A stretch of DNA of 64,000 bases from a virus: IMG/VR virus record IMGVR_UViG_3300016476_001289; one strand, 5' to 3'. Positions 40,167-49,792 of this stretch are shown here, piece after piece (the stretch's first letter is position 1; the number at the start of each line of letters is the position of its first letter). Made by a program: the position numbers and the translations under genes. A model generated the notes under the pieces. It saw only the letters and a list, made by a program, of their open reading frames with translations. It was not told the origin of the DNA and made no database searches.

Positions 40167-41150
40167 ATGTTAAAGCAATTAACCACAGACGCTTTAGAAG
40201 GCGCAATTTTACAATCCTTAAGTGATTCACCACAATCACCTAAAGAGATTAAAACAAAAGTAGTCGTTATCCTCGCAAGTGATAACTATGAAACTAATTT
40301 AACTACTTCAACAGGACTCGATAACCTCTATATCAAAGTTAAAGACAAATTGAGATCCTGGGGTAAGAAAGGAATTAATTGTAAAGACATAGGTAATGCT
40401 CAATGGGTTCTCGCAAATAGTGAAGTCGTTGAAACTTCACCTAAACCTGTTAAAACACCTAAACCTGTTAAACAAGCTATTGTCGTTAATGAAGAACCTA
40501 CTATCGTTAATGAAGAACCTACTATCGTTGAGACTCAACCTATCGTCAATGATGAACCTATCGTTGAGACTCAACCTATCATCGTTGAACCTAAAACACA
40601 ACCTATCACCATTGAACAACCTAAAAAACAAAACAACACAAAAAAGGAAGAAACTCTTATGGAAACTATTAACAAAAATATCGATATGTGGATTGAAAGA
40701 GCAAAAGCTGACGGTCAAGAAATTGAAAGCACCATTCATGATCTCGAATGTCCTTCAATCCGTGCTTTAGCAATTTCTACCACAAAATGCTTTAGTGATT
40801 ACAAAGCTACGGATGATGAATGTAAAATTTGTCCTCTTGCTAAATGGTGCAGTGAATCACTTAAAAATAACTCTAAGGTGAGCAATGTTCAAGCATACAT
40901 TGCGAACCCCCGTTTAGAAGCAGAAGCAAAGGCAGAAGCTGATGCAAAAGCAAAAGCAAAAGCGGATGCCAAAGCTCAACAACCTGTTGTAAGTCAAAAG
41001 CTAAATGACGCTGTAAGCAAGTTTGGTAAACAAGAGATTGAACTTCAAAGTGATATTAAATGCACAATCACTGGAGACTTGCTCAAAGCAGGAACTAAAG
41101 GATATTTTGTAAATACAATCGGTGTCGTTTCACCTCGTTGCTTTGCTTAA
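40167..41150 (+). CDS. Modular protein: possible winged helix, P/E/T repeat linker, Cys cluster, A/K linker
   Basis: EEPTIV/ETQPIV repeats; CFSDY...ECKICPLAKWC. Confidence 0.75.
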   Translation: MLKQLTTDALEGAILQSLSDSPQSPKEIKTKVVVILASDNYETNLTTSTGLDNLYIKVKDKLRSWGKKGINCKDIGNAQWVLANSEVVETSPKPVKTPKPVKQAIVVNEEPTIVNEEPTIVETQPIVNDEPIVETQPIIVEPKTQPITIEQPKKQNNTKKEETLMETINKNIDMWIERAKADGQEIESTIHDLECPSIRALAISTTKCFSDYKATDDECKICPLAKWCSESLKNNSKVSNVQAYIANPRLEAEAKAEADAKAKAKADAKAQQPVVSQKLNDAVSKFGKQEIELQSDIKCTITGDLLKAGTKGYFVNTIGVVSPRCFA

Positions 41151-41183
41151 TCACATTACCACCTACACACAAAGGAAATACAC

Positions 41184-41948
41184 ATGACTACTTATATTGA
41201 AAACCTTGAAGCTAACTTGGATAACCTTAGAATCCAAGAATCTAATATTAGAACTGAAATTACTCGCCTTGAAAAAATCTCTAATAATATTGAGTATGCT
41301 GATCACTACTTTCAAAGAACCCAAAAAGAACTCCAAAGACTCTTTCAAGAGCTTGGAACTAATACTATGCCCCAATCTTTTGACCAGCTATCACAAATTA
41401 TCTTAAACAATAGCTTTGATCCCCAAACTCTTATTGATGTTAATAACCAAATACACGCTCTAAGAGATTCTCTTCCTAATACCAGTTTAATAGAAAATAC
41501 TATTAGACTCTCTAAGGATATTGGCTTCACCAGTGATTTACTTGTCATCTTTAATGATATTTGGAATGCCATTAGAGTTAATGGCACTACTAATGCTATT
41601 AAACCTTCTAATTTCAAAAATGAACTTATCACCCAATCCGAAAATAATTCACATAATTATTGGAGTTATCCCAGAACACAATACAAATTAGAAGAAGGTT
41701 CTACTAGAAAAATCTCTAAGGCAATTAGCGTTAATATATGCAAAAACCTTAAAGGCGTTGTGGTCTACCTTATTGACCTCAAATCTAATATGAGAACAAA
41801 ATTTGTCTTAACTGATAGTAATAGTGAAGCTTCTCAAGAGTTATCTATGTGGCTTAAAGGTACTGACCTTTATCAACCTATTGCAAAATTACCTCCCCTC
41901 CCAAGAGATTCTTTTAAACAAACTATCATCGATGCATTTTTAAATTAA
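41184..41948 (+). CDS. Hypothetical protein, paralog of 10189..10923
   Basis: Shared N- and C-terminal motifs. Confidence 0.8.
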   Translation: MTTYIENLEANLDNLRIQESNIRTEITRLEKISNNIEYADHYFQRTQKELQRLFQELGTNTMPQSFDQLSQIILNNSFDPQTLIDVNNQIHALRDSLPNTSLIENTIRLSKDIGFTSDLLVIFNDIWNAIRVNGTTNAIKPSNFKNELITQSENNSHNYWSYPRTQYKLEEGSTRKISKAISVNICKNLKGVVVYLIDLKSNMRTKFVLTDSNSEASQELSMWLKGTDLYQPIAKLPPLPRDSFKQTIIDAFLN

Positions 41949-41957
41949 GGATTTTTT

Positions 41958-42476
41958 ATGTCTTATTCAAATTATGAAAACCTTCCTGATAATCTTAAAC
42001 CACTAGCATACATGAATGTTATTACTAAATACATTCCTGAAAATACTAAAAATTTCAATCTCAAGTCCACACTTCAATGGAATTGGTGCAGTGAATATTT
42101 TGAACCTATTGCCGTCTTCTATGACCCCTTTACTGATAAAGTAAATGTTCACCTCTCTTATGACAAAAGAGAAATGGCTTACTATATACACACATTCTCA
42201 CCAGATACTAAAACCATAGATGTCCTCAAAAGTGATATTCTTGGCTTCCCTTGTATGACCCTTAACTATGACGGAACTTTCCCCATCACCTATCCTACAA
42301 ATATAAACCCCATTGTAGATACCCATGCTAAACACATATATCAACATTGTCTTAAAATAGGTAGAGAATACCACCAAGCTTTACTAACCTTTGAACAATT
42401 TATCAATACTTGTAATCTACACAATTTAAACTTCAATACCACCACAGGTGAAATACTATGTCCTACACAAAATTAA
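41958..42476 (+). CDS. Hypothetical protein
   Basis: AAGGA RBS, operon-packed. Confidence 0.7.
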   Translation: MSYSNYENLPDNLKPLAYMNVITKYIPENTKNFNLKSTLQWNWCSEYFEPIAVFYDPFTDKVNVHLSYDKREMAYYIHTFSPDTKTIDVLKSDILGFPCMTLNYDGTFPITYPTNINPIVDTHAKHIYQHCLKIGREYHQALLTFEQFINTCNLHNLNFNTTTGEILCPTQN

Positions 42477-42877
42477 AAAACAATAAACGAATCTTCAATA
42501 ACAAAAACACTAACCACAAATTTAAAGATATTCTCCCCACCGTCCTAGAAGAAATTAACTTTTCTCTTAAAGACAAATCTATGGAAGGCTTCTTCGATAT
42601 CCACACCTACCAAAAATCTAATATGCTTATACAAATTAGATTTAACCCCGATGACCCAGATACCCAATATCTCTTCTCTGAACCTCAAAATGAATTTTGT
42701 TTTGAAGTTAAACCTAACAACGATTCCTATGACTTATTCTTGTCTGTGATTGAGAATGAATACATTATGCGGACCGTTGACAAAGAACTTGATTGTTCTC
42801 TTGAATGTGCTTTTAACAACCTCTTTGAATACTTAAGAGCAGGTTACTCTGACTCTTCTTTTTGTATCACTAAGTAA
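42458..42877 (+). CDS. Dispersed TEIK...IR.LW family member
   Basis: YTKLKNNKRI, LEEINF, AFNNLFEYLR. Confidence 0.7.
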   Translation: MSYTKLKNNKRIFNNKNTNHKFKDILPTVLEEINFSLKDKSMEGFFDIHTYQKSNMLIQIRFNPDDPDTQYLFSEPQNEFCFEVKPNNDSYDLFLSVIENEYIMRTVDKELDCSLECAFNNLFEYLRAGYSDSSFCITK

Positions 42878-42890
42878 AGGATTTATACAT

Positions 42891-43460
42891 ATGAACATTG
42901 ATTCATTACAACTCGATAACCAATTCCGATTTGATGAAAGTCTTGACTTTATCACTGAAGATACCAATTACGATCAACCTCTTGTTATGGTCTATCCTCA
43001 AATCGCTGTCGTTGATCAAAATGGTGCTCCCGCTATCCTACTCGTTGTCTATGGTTCTACCTCTGATGATTTTAAGAAACTTTCTCTTAAAACCACCTCA
43101 GGTGAAACTAGGGGTTATAAACGAAAAGGTGAATTTGATGATATTTGTTATTACTTCCTACCTACTTCTAAGTCAGGTGAAATAACTTTATCCGATGGCA
43201 CTAATACTTATCTTGTCTCATGGGATATTATTGATGAATACACCACTAAATTCACCAATCACTATTCTAAAGCTTCTATCCTATTCCTACATGATTATGG
43301 CATCATCCCTGAAGATACCACTAAGCTTAAAGAATATTATATTGAACTTTATCAAAGTCTTGGTGAAGTTGATCCTGAAGAAGGTGAAAATGAATACCAA
43401 GCTAAATTCAAAACACATATCTATAACAAACTCCAAGAACTTCAAAAAATCAATAACTAA
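42891..43460 (+). CDS. Hypothetical protein, tandem paralog of 43490..44002
   Basis: Shared YYFLP.SKSGEIT, DEYTTKFTNH.S.ASILF..DYGI. Confidence 0.8.
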   Translation: MNIDSLQLDNQFRFDESLDFITEDTNYDQPLVMVYPQIAVVDQNGAPAILLVVYGSTSDDFKKLSLKTTSGETRGYKRKGEFDDICYYFLPTSKSGEITLSDGTNTYLVSWDIIDEYTTKFTNHYSKASILFLHDYGIIPEDTTKLKEYYIELYQSLGEVDPEEGENEYQAKFKTHIYNKLQELQKINN

Positions 43461-43489
43461 CCTAACCACCATACAAAAAGGATATTCCT

Positions 43490-44002
43490 ATGAATTTACA
43501 ACTTGAAGAACAATTTCTCTTTGATGACAGTTTTGAGTTTCCTCCTTCTGTCAGTGTTTACCCTTACATCACCGTCAATGGCTCTGACCCTATTATCTGG
43601 ATCAGTGCTTATGGCACTAACACTAAACTATTTAAGAAACTCATTATCAAAACTACAATAGGTGAAACTAAAACCCACCAAGAGAAAGGTGATAATGATG
43701 ATATGGAATATTACTTCCTACCTTATTCTAAATCAGGTGAAATAACCATATCTATAGGCAATGACACCTATACTCTCTCTTGGGATCATTTAGATGAATA
43801 TACCACCAAATTCACTAACCACTTTTCTAATGCCTCTATCCTATTCATAAAAGATTATGGCATTGCCCCTAATGATATCACTAAACTTAAAGAACATTAT
43901 ATTGAACTTTATCATAGTGTAGATTCCACTACTGAAACTGCTTCTAAATTTAAAGCTTATCTTTTTAACAAACTTCAAGAAATTCAAGCCTTAGGTAAAT
44001 AA
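43490..44002 (+). CDS. Hypothetical protein, tandem paralog of 42891..43460
   Basis: Same motifs as 42891..43460. Confidence 0.8.
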   Translation: MNLQLEEQFLFDDSFEFPPSVSVYPYITVNGSDPIIWISAYGTNTKLFKKLIIKTTIGETKTHQEKGDNDDMEYYFLPYSKSGEITISIGNDTYTLSWDHLDEYTTKFTNHFSNASILFIKDYGIAPNDITKLKEHYIELYHSVDSTTETASKFKAYLFNKLQEIQALGK

Positions 44003-44005
44003 CAT

Positions 44006-44623
44006 ATGAACTTAGGTAAAATAAACTTTAACAAAAACAATTTAGATTTTAACACCGTCCTTATATCACATACCTATAACCAACCCTATATGTTAGGTGA
44101 AACACCTGTCACACAAGACCTCTATTATAGAGTCACTGCTAGTAACCCTAGCAAATTCATAGGTAACCCTAATCGCCCTGTTGAACAAGTCTCTTTTTAT
44201 GATGCTATGTTGTTTTGTAATATACTAAGTTCTAAATTTAACCTTGAACCTTATTACACTATAAATACTAACAATATCAAAATAAATGACACTTCCAGTG
44301 GTTTTAGATTACCTACTGCAACTGAATGGCACTTCGCTTGTACTGATTACCACGATATAAAGAAAGTTAATATTCTCGATATAGCTTGGTGTAAAGAAAA
44401 TTCAAATTCTACCACCCACCCCGTAGCTACTAAGAGACCTAATACATGGGGGCTATATGATATGTGTGGTAATGTTGATGAATGGGTACTCCACCATGAG
44501 ATTATAGGTTGTGGTGGTTCTTGGAAAGAACCCCACCTTCATATACCCACAGCAGTCCGATGTGGTTTTCCTTACAATACTCGCAATAATGATCTCGGTT
44601 TTCGTATCGCTAAAAATCTATAG
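44006..44623 (+). CDS. FGE-sulfatase (SUMF1) domain protein
   Basis: ETPVTQ, RPVEQVSFYDA, FRLPTATEW, PNTWGLYDMCGNVDEW, LGFR. Confidence 0.92.
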   Translation: MNLGKINFNKNNLDFNTVLISHTYNQPYMLGETPVTQDLYYRVTASNPSKFIGNPNRPVEQVSFYDAMLFCNILSSKFNLEPYYTINTNNIKINDTSSGFRLPTATEWHFACTDYHDIKKVNILDIAWCKENSNSTTHPVATKRPNTWGLYDMCGNVDEWVLHHEIIGCGGSWKEPHLHIPTAVRCGFPYNTRNNDLGFRIAKNL

Positions 44624-44641
44624 AAAGGATTATATTTATAT

Positions 44642-45058
44642 ATGCTACACAATCACCTTAAACTTAGAACTGCTATGAGAAACCACCTCTCTGACTTTTC
44701 TTACACCCTTAAACATATCTCTGATATTCGTTCCTTTGGTTTATTCTCTAACACTAAACACTCTTCTAATATGATTGACTACACTCTCATTAATGAAGAT
44801 TCCGAAGTCTTTATTAAACTTGTTAATATGGACTCCAGACCTAAACACAATTTAACTCCCTTTGTCGTTTTCTTTTCTTTTAAAGAATCTGATCTCCCCA
44901 CCTTACTTGACGGTGGTAAAATTACTTTCTCTATTGATGAACCCTTCTCTGATCTCATTCAAGAGGATATGTCTTTAGATCACTTTCTTAACACTCTCTC
45001 TACTATCGTTAAGAAACTTAAAACTACTAAAAATATTAACCTACTCAAAATCATCTAA
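44642..45058 (+). CDS. Hypothetical protein
   Basis: GAAAGGA RBS, 138 aa. Confidence 0.65.
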   Translation: MLHNHLKLRTAMRNHLSDFSYTLKHISDIRSFGLFSNTKHSSNMIDYTLINEDSEVFIKLVNMDSRPKHNLTPFVVFFSFKESDLPTLLDGGKITFSIDEPFSDLIQEDMSLDHFLNTLSTIVKKLKTTKNINLLKII

Positions 45059-45353
45059 TCTTTTATTTTCCACCCCACCCTTAGATTTCTTTACCTGTAT
45101 ATATACACCACACCTATACACCTATGTACATCTACTATGCGAGTTTATGCGGACCCCTTACCCTAATAATAAACAGAGGGGATAGTTTTTTCAGTTTTCA
45201 ATTTTTTCAATTTTATTTTTTATATTTACTTGGGGGTAAACCTTATTAGAAATACACCTATCACATATTGCATTTTCATGCCTTATATGATAGAGTATAT
45301 CCTATAAATGATATTTATATTCTTTTTTTATAAATTTGGAGGTAGAAAATAAG

Positions 45354-45764
45354 ATGGCATTAACAAAAATAGGAGAAAAGAGTAAAAAGAGGGAAGGAAT
45401 AGACAATCCTGTATATGATAGTCATGATATAGGGTTAGTAGTATATATGAGAGATCTATTAGAAGAGATAGGGTTTTATACAGATGAAAGAGTAGATGAT
45501 AATAGTAGGCATATTAAATATAGTATAGGGTATATAAGTAAGCCTATAGTGATAGTGGGATATAATGCTATAAAGGGATATAGTATATACTTTATGGGAA
45601 AGAGAGAATATAAGGTGAGAAAGTTAGGAGGAGTAATATCGTATGAGTATATGGAGAATTATGTAGAAGTAGATAAGGGTGTGAATATAAGTATAAGAGA
45701 TTTTACAGATAAGATATTAGGGACTATAAGAGAAGTATGGGTTAGTAATAATAAAGGAGAATAA
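45354..45764 (+). CDS. Dispersed TEIK...IR.LW family member
   Basis: MALTKI..KKR, LLEEIGF, FTDKILGTIREVW; start moved from 45336. Confidence 0.75.
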   Translation: MALTKIGEKSKKREGIDNPVYDSHDIGLVVYMRDLLEEIGFYTDERVDDNSRHIKYSIGYISKPIVIVGYNAIKGYSIYFMGKREYKVRKLGGVISYEYMENYVEVDKGVNISIRDFTDKILGTIREVWVSNNKGE

Positions 45765-45765
45765 G

Positions 45766-46950
45766 ATGAAAAGAGAATTAGGGCAAGTATATACAGAGAA
45801 GACAGAGATAGAGAAGATGATTTCCTTAATAGAGAATAGGGATAGGGGGATAAGGGTATTAGAGCCTAGTGTTGGTGAGTGTAGGATATATGAAGTATTA
45901 AGGGGTATGTATGATAAAGTAGATGGGATAGAGATAGATGTAGGAGTGATACCGATAATATATATGGGTGAGATAAAGAACATAGATTTTTTTGAATATG
46001 AAAGTAGTAGTGGGTATGACTTAATAGTGTGTAATCCACCATATGTGAAATATAATAAGATAATAGAGAGTACGAGGAATAAATTAGATCATGTATTTTT
46101 TAATGAGTTATCAAACTTGTATTTACATTTTATAAAGAAGTGTATAGATTTATTGGTCGAGGGTGGTGAGATGGTATTTATAAATCCTGTGGAGTTTATA
46201 AAATTGACATCAGGGAAAGAGTTGAATGAGTATATATATGATAAAGGTACGATAACGGATTTTATAGATTATGGTGATAAGAAGGTATTTAAGGGGGCGA
46301 GTCCGAATGTGTGTATATGGAAGTATAAGAAAGGGTTAAAAGATAGGGTGTGTAGGTATGGAGTTAGTGGTGAGGAGAAAGAGTTTAGGATAAACAAGGG
46401 TGGAGTGATATATTTTGGTTCTGTGGGGGGAGAAGAAGGGATAGAGTTGGGGGATATATTTGAGATAAAGGTTGGTGGGTTTAGTGGAGCAGACAAGATA
46501 TTTACGAGTTTGGGTGGGAATAAGGAATTTGTGTATTCAGAGACGAGGGTGAGTGGGGGGTTGAGGAGGATGTATTATAATGTAGAGAGTGAAGAGTTGG
46601 AGAAGTATAAGGAAGAATTAATGGGACGGGGGTGTAGGAAGTTTAATGAGAGTAATTGGTATGAGTGGGGGAGGAATTATCCTGAGAGTGAAAGGAAGAG
46701 GATATATGTTAATTGTAAGACGAGGGTGGAAAAGCCATTTTTTTTGAGTGGGTGTAAGAATTTTGATGGTTCAGTATTGGGGTTATTTTTGAGGGATGAG
46801 ACAATGGATGAGGAGGTGTTATGTGAGAAATTAAATAGTATGGATTGGGGTGGGTTGGGATTTAAGTGTGGAGGTAGGTATATATTTGGGCAGAGGACAT
46901 TATCGAGTGTTCTAGTGGAAAGAAGTCTATTTTATGATAAGGGTAAGTAA
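45766..46950 (+). CDS. N6-adenine DNA methyltransferase (Eco57I/TaqI-like class), orphan
   Basis: LGQVYT, VLEPSVGE, GIEID, CNPPY, NLYLHFI. Confidence 0.9.
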   Translation: MKRELGQVYTEKTEIEKMISLIENRDRGIRVLEPSVGECRIYEVLRGMYDKVDGIEIDVGVIPIIYMGEIKNIDFFEYESSSGYDLIVCNPPYVKYNKIIESTRNKLDHVFFNELSNLYLHFIKKCIDLLVEGGEMVFINPVEFIKLTSGKELNEYIYDKGTITDFIDYGDKKVFKGASPNVCIWKYKKGLKDRVCRYGVSGEEKEFRINKGGVIYFGSVGGEEGIELGDIFEIKVGGFSGADKIFTSLGGNKEFVYSETRVSGGLRRMYYNVESEELEKYKEELMGRGCRKFNESNWYEWGRNYPESERKRIYVNCKTRVEKPFFLSGCKNFDGSVLGLFLRDETMDEEVLCEKLNSMDWGGLGFKCGGRYIFGQRTLSSVLVERSLFYDKGK

Positions 46951-47024
46951 TATAATATATATTGGTATATAAGCATAAAGCATATATACAGATATACAAA
47001 TAAACAGATAAAGGAAAAGAAAAG

Positions 47025-48197
47025 ATGTCATTAGATACAAAGTATAGACCAATAAGATATAGTGATGTGGTGGGGAATGAAGGAGTGGTAAAGGTATTAA
47101 AAGGAATCGTATCGAGTGGTCGTGGTCGTAGTAGTTCATATATCTTTGCTGGGTTATGGGGAGGTGGGAAGACGACATTAAGTAGGATATTAGCTCGTGC
47201 GTTGGTATGTGATGGTCCAGTGGGAGGAGAGCCATGTGATGAATGTTTTAATTGTAAGAGTGCCTTAGGTGGAGTATCAGATGCGATAGTGGAGTTTGAT
47301 GCTGCGTCAAAGTCAACGAAGGGTGATATACAGGGTTTATTGGAGTCATTGGAGTATAGTTCATTTAGTGGGAAGAGGAGGGTGTATATAATAGACGAAG
47401 CTCATGCTATAGGTTCGAGTGCTGCAGATGCTTTATTAAAGAGTTTAGAAGAGAATGTGGTAGGGAGTGATAGTGAGAAGAAGATGGTGTGTATATTTTG
47501 TACGACAGAAGTGGAGAAGATAAGGGGGGCGATAAAGAGTAGGTGTGCGCCAGTATTTACGATAAAGCCTTCGACAGTGGGAGATATAGCGAATAGGATG
47601 GAGTATATATGTGGGAAAGAGGGTGTTACAATGGTAGAGAGGAAGGCATTAGAGATGATAGCAGAGATGAATGAGGGGCATATAAGGGATTGTTTAAAGA
47701 GTTTAGAGGGTGTGATAGCGATGGGGGGAGTGACGGTGGACTTAGTTCGTAAGTATTTACATATGGATAGGAATGATGGTGTGTGTGATATATTATTGAG
47801 TAGTAGTGGTGGTGAGATGATAAGTAGGGTGAAAGAGATGTTATTAGTAACGCCTGTGAGTGTGTTATATGAGAAGTTGATAGATTGTAGTATGGTGACA
47901 TTTGGGTTAATGAATGGTGTAAAAATAGGGTTGGAGAGGTGGGATGAGAAGAAGATAAGGGAGATAGGGGTATCGGTGGATAGTGGGAGGTTAATGGGGA
48001 TAGTGGAGTCATTGGGGAGTAAGTCGGTGAAAGCGACAGGGAATATGTTGATATGTGAGTTATATAGGGAGTTATATGGGTCTGTGGAAGTAAAAAAAGT
48101 GGTGGTGGAAGGTAAAAAGGAGATATTGGAGAAAAAAGATGAAAAAATGAGTATCACAAGTTATATAATGGTGGTAAATAATATGTTAAAAGAATAA
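47025..48197 (+). CDS. dnaX: DNA polymerase III gamma/tau-like clamp loader subunit
   Basis: KYRP, GGGKTT, C-C-C-C zinc site, DAAS, IIDEAH, LLKSLEE, SRC, G.IRD. Confidence 0.93.
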   Translation: MSLDTKYRPIRYSDVVGNEGVVKVLKGIVSSGRGRSSSYIFAGLWGGGKTTLSRILARALVCDGPVGGEPCDECFNCKSALGGVSDAIVEFDAASKSTKGDIQGLLESLEYSSFSGKRRVYIIDEAHAIGSSAADALLKSLEENVVGSDSEKKMVCIFCTTEVEKIRGAIKSRCAPVFTIKPSTVGDIANRMEYICGKEGVTMVERKALEMIAEMNEGHIRDCLKSLEGVIAMGGVTVDLVRKYLHMDRNDGVCDILLSSSGGEMISRVKEMLLVTPVSVLYEKLIDCSMVTFGLMNGVKIGLERWDEKKIREIGVSVDSGRLMGIVESLGSKSVKATGNMLICELYRELYGSVEVKKVVVEGKKEILEKKDEKMSITSYIMVVNNMLKE

Positions 48198-48215
48198 ATA
48201 ATAGGAGATATATAT

Positions 48216-48917
48216 ATGGCAGTACCTACAAGGTTGGGTGGGAAGTCAAAAGAAGACAAGTGGGTAGTGTTAGAGATGACGAGTCGAGGGGAAGATGAAG
48301 CGAGGTGTGGTGGTTTGGTGGATATAGTGAGTCGTATAGGGAGGATAGAGAAAGACGACATATATATACCAGTGATAAAGACGGGTGGGGTGGTGACCTT
48401 TTTAATAGAAGGGTATATATTTATAAAGAGTGGGTATCCGTCATCGAGTTATTATAGGTTATTGGATAGTAGTTATATAGACAATAGTTTTGTATCAGTG
48501 GATGAGAAGACGGGGTTATTTTTTCATAGTGTGATAAGTGATGAAGAGTTGAAGGGGATGGTGAACAAGGCGATATGTCGGGGGGCAGTATTGGACATAG
48601 GAGGTCGTGGTAGGATAAAGAATGGTGATTTTAAGGGTTTTGAGGGGGAGATAGTGGACATAATCAATTTAGGGGAAGTGGAAAAAGAGAGTGGTGTGGA
48701 GAGGTTAAGGAGGTGGGTGATATGTGGGTGTCCGGATATGAGGGTGGTTCGTAGGAATCGTGTGAGGGAGTGGGTTATATTGGGGTGTAAGAAAGGTAAA
48801 GAGGTAGTGGGGATAAAGTATGAGAGTGAGTTGACATATTATGTGATATTGATCAAGATGCGGAGTGTGGAGATATTAACGGTGATAGATGGATTTAGTT
48901 TAGAAGGAGTGAAATAA
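48216..48917 (+). CDS. NusG-family transcription factor (NGN + KOW)
   Basis: W..L, IYIP, LIEGYIFI, KOW-like G.RGRIKNGDFKGFEGEIVDI. Confidence 0.75.
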   Translation: MAVPTRLGGKSKEDKWVVLEMTSRGEDEARCGGLVDIVSRIGRIEKDDIYIPVIKTGGVVTFLIEGYIFIKSGYPSSSYYRLLDSSYIDNSFVSVDEKTGLFFHSVISDEELKGMVNKAICRGAVLDIGGRGRIKNGDFKGFEGEIVDIINLGEVEKESGVERLRRWVICGCPDMRVVRRNRVREWVILGCKKGKEVVGIKYESELTYYVILIKMRSVEILTVIDGFSLEGVK

Positions 48918-48918
48918 G

Positions 48919-49497
48919 ATGGATCATAGATTATTAGAGAGTTTATTTAGTGAAGAAGATGGATTAGCGTCATTACCATCATATTATGATGAGTTAGATG
49001 ATGAGAGTCAGGGTTTATTTAATTTAGTGTTAGAAGAGATGGAGAAGATAAGTCCATTAGAAGCAGACATAATAGAGTTGCATTTAAAGGGGATAAGTCA
49101 GTCGTTATTAGGTAAGATATTTGGTTTTACACAGCCGAATATACATTATCGATTAAATAGGGCGACAGAGAGATTAAAGATGATGGTGCAGATAGAGGAT
49201 TTTGGTGAAGAAGAGTTAGTGGAGAGGTTATCAACGGTGTTTTGTAATGAGAAGGATTTGAAGGTGATGGTGTATATATATTTATGGAGTAGTCAGTCGA
49301 AGGTGGCGAAGTTGATAGGGGAATCGCAGGGAAAAGTTCGGTATAGGTTTATGAAGGGGTTGAGAGTATTAGAAGAGATAGAAGAGTTGAGTGATATATA
49401 TAAGTCATTGAAGTTGGTGGGGGAGAATATAAGTTTATTGCGTGGTGCACACAAGACAGAAGAGATGAAGAGTATGATAGCGAAGGTGATATTATGA
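48919..49497 (+). CDS. Sigma-70 region-4-like double HTH protein
   Basis: SQSLLGKIFGFTQPNIHYRL.RA and SQSKVAKLIGESQGKVRYRF. Confidence 0.7.
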   Translation: MDHRLLESLFSEEDGLASLPSYYDELDDESQGLFNLVLEEMEKISPLEADIIELHLKGISQSLLGKIFGFTQPNIHYRLNRATERLKMMVQIEDFGEEELVERLSTVFCNEKDLKVMVYIYLWSSQSKVAKLIGESQGKVRYRFMKGLRVLEEIEELSDIYKSLKLVGENISLLRGAHKTEEMKSMIAKVIL

Positions 49498-49766
49498 CAG
49501 CAGAAAAAGTGATATTTGCAAAGGATTTAGTGACATCTTGGTTAAACAAGATAAAAGAGAAAGAGTATAGTATAACGGTGCATCCTAGAGAAGAGAATGG
49601 GTTTGTATTCCCTGAGAGGTTTTTGAGGGGGGTGACAGATAACAATAAGGATTGGGCTGAGATTAAGGTAGTGGAAGGGAAGGTGGTGATAAAGAGTAAA
49701 GATGCGATAAAGATGGCGAGTTTAATAATATATATAGAGGGAATGGGATATAATGTAGAAGAGTAA
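49494..49766 (+). CDS. Hypothetical protein
   Basis: ATGA overlap with upstream gene. Confidence 0.65.
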   Translation: MTAEKVIFAKDLVTSWLNKIKEKEYSITVHPREENGFVFPERFLRGVTDNNKDWAEIKVVEGKVVIKSKDAIKMASLIIYIEGMGYNVEE

Positions 49767-49792
49767 TATGATTTTTTTATAAGGGAGTTAAT

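Noticed and set aside
44006-44623. FGE-sulfatase (C-type lectin fold) gene and Mtd-like fibre as DGR targets
   Set aside because: No reverse transcriptase and no template repeat differing at adenines was seen in the window.
47402-48157. 251-aa minus-strand ORF and similar antisense ORFs at 45717-50021
   Set aside because: Shadows of dnaX and neighbours; the extreme purine skew depletes stops on the opposite strand.
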